A stretch of DNA of 27,881 nucleotides from a virus. Taxonomy: Duplodnaviria; Caudoviricetes. Positions 27,297 through 27,881 of the stretch are shown here, piece by piece. The stretch is from positions 1-27,881 of IMG/VR virus record IMGVR_UViG_3300020044_001685. One strand, 5' to 3'. Each line of letters begins with the position of its first letter. Position 1 is the first letter of the stretch. Below the pieces are notes generated by a model. It ran no database searches. It was given only the letters and a program-made list of their open reading frames with translations, and was not told where the DNA came from. The position numbers and the translations under genes were made by a program.

Positions 27297-27881
27297 TACT
27301 GTCTCCTAAAAATCTATGTCGTCTAACGCATCGTCAAACGAATCAGTAGTTTTATTTTTGCCCTGTTTACTTTGACTGCGTTGCCATTCAGGGCTGTTAC
27401 CAATCTTCTCTTTAAGCTTGTTACCAAAGGTTTCAAACATTGGCATGTCTGGGTCTTCAAGACTAAAGAGCTTTGCTTCGTTGTGGGGATCAGGTAAGCC
27501 TGCTTTCTTAATGTTGGCAGGCACTGGGTTGATGTTGTTGATGTTGGTGTATTCCTTACCATCATGACCTGTAGACTTAGCCACAGAGATCATTGCCCAA
27601 ACGCCTAAGAGCTTCTTCAACTCAAAGCCTTTGCGCTCGTCTGCAGTAAAGGCCATGCCCCTCCATGACTCTAGGTCAACAGATAAGTTTGCCTTCTCAT
27701 TAAGAGACAAGGTGTAGTTCTTAGATATAGACAGTGGCTCACCCTTGTCAGTTAACAGGGGGTTCCCATCGTCATCAATTGAATGAACTTCAAATTGAAC
27801 CATGATCTTTCGCAAGTGCTTCTCTTGACCCATGTACGTAGATTTTTGGGAGACAGTAATGGCCCCAGCACACACGCTGTT
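27274..27881. repeat. 33-bp perfect inverted repeat: 27274-27306 versus 27849-27881
   Basis: AACAGCGTGTGTGCTGGGGCCATTACTGTCTCC at 27274 is the exact reverse complement of the last 33 bases. After one mismatch the match continues inward with AAAAATCTA. Confidence 0.95.
27306..27848 (-). CDS. SSB-like / replication-recombination protein (NGO0469-like), N-terminus missing
   Basis: ISKNYTLSLNEKANL..DLESWRG..FT motif, OB-fold-like beta strands and an SSB-type acidic tail DDALDDIDF. The apparent N-terminus (27849-27875) derives from an inverted duplication. Confidence 0.7.
   Translation of the reverse strand, partial: QKSTYMGQEKHLRKIMVQFEVHSIDDDGNPLLTDKGEPLSISKNYTLSLNEKANLSVDLESWRGMAFTADERKGFELKKLLGVWAMISVAKSTGHDGKEYTNINNINPVPANIKKAGLPDPHNEAKLFSLEDPDMPMFETFGNKLKEKIGNSPEWQRSQSKQGKNKTTDSFDDALDDIDF

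Larger units (their letters stand above)
1..27881. mobile_element. Tailed dsDNA bacteriophage genome fragment (podovirus-like late operon plus convergent early genes)
   Basis: Dense, overlapping co-directional genes encode a holin, a GH24 lysozyme, tail-like and lectin proteins and ejection-like proteins, followed by convergent nuclease, HTH and SSB-like genes. No host housekeeping genes or integrase are present. Confidence 0.95.

Noticed and set aside
1-27881. Alternative genetic code, tRNA genes or introns
   Set aside because: Long ORFs tile the window under the standard code using all three stop codons, and no intergenic space or cloverleaf pattern suggests RNA genes or introns.

Overview
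This window is a fragment of a tailed dsDNA phage genome with podovirus-like (short-tail) organisation. It resembles uncultured freshwater phages, and the host is probably Gram-negative (a betaproteobacterial host is only an inference). The + strand (1-23661) is one tightly packed late operon. In order it holds: receptor-binding or decoration proteins (a Gly-rich protein, a small partner, and two large proteins with 8 LamG/ConA-like lectin domains in total); a lysis region (several small membrane proteins, a 3TM-type holin and a GH24 lysozyme); tail adaptor, fibre and nozzle-like proteins; and five putative internal virion (ejection) proteins. The operon ends at a rho-independent terminator. 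The - strand (23736-27881) carries convergent early/middle genes: small hypotheticals, two PD-(D/E)XK nucleases, an LPP20-like lipoprotein with a DUF4384-like exported protein, an HTH protein and a truncated SSB/replication-like protein. I added three 55-aa ORFs that the ORF track missed and revised several start codons. The most notable observations are: a docking-like YPGG/FNP/GVWTL motif that is whole in one receptor-binding protein but split across two others; cassette-like lectin domains between conserved linkers; a probable ATT-initiated gene with a 166-nt overlap; a 33-aa/29-aa two-repeat stalk in the giant protein; a recurrent xxGG motif plus a tape-measure-like domain in the ejection proteins; and a 33-bp inverted duplication at the window end that is probably chimeric. 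No capsid, portal, terminase, integrase, tRNA or CRISPR array was seen. All family assignments come from motif recognition by eye, not from database searches.
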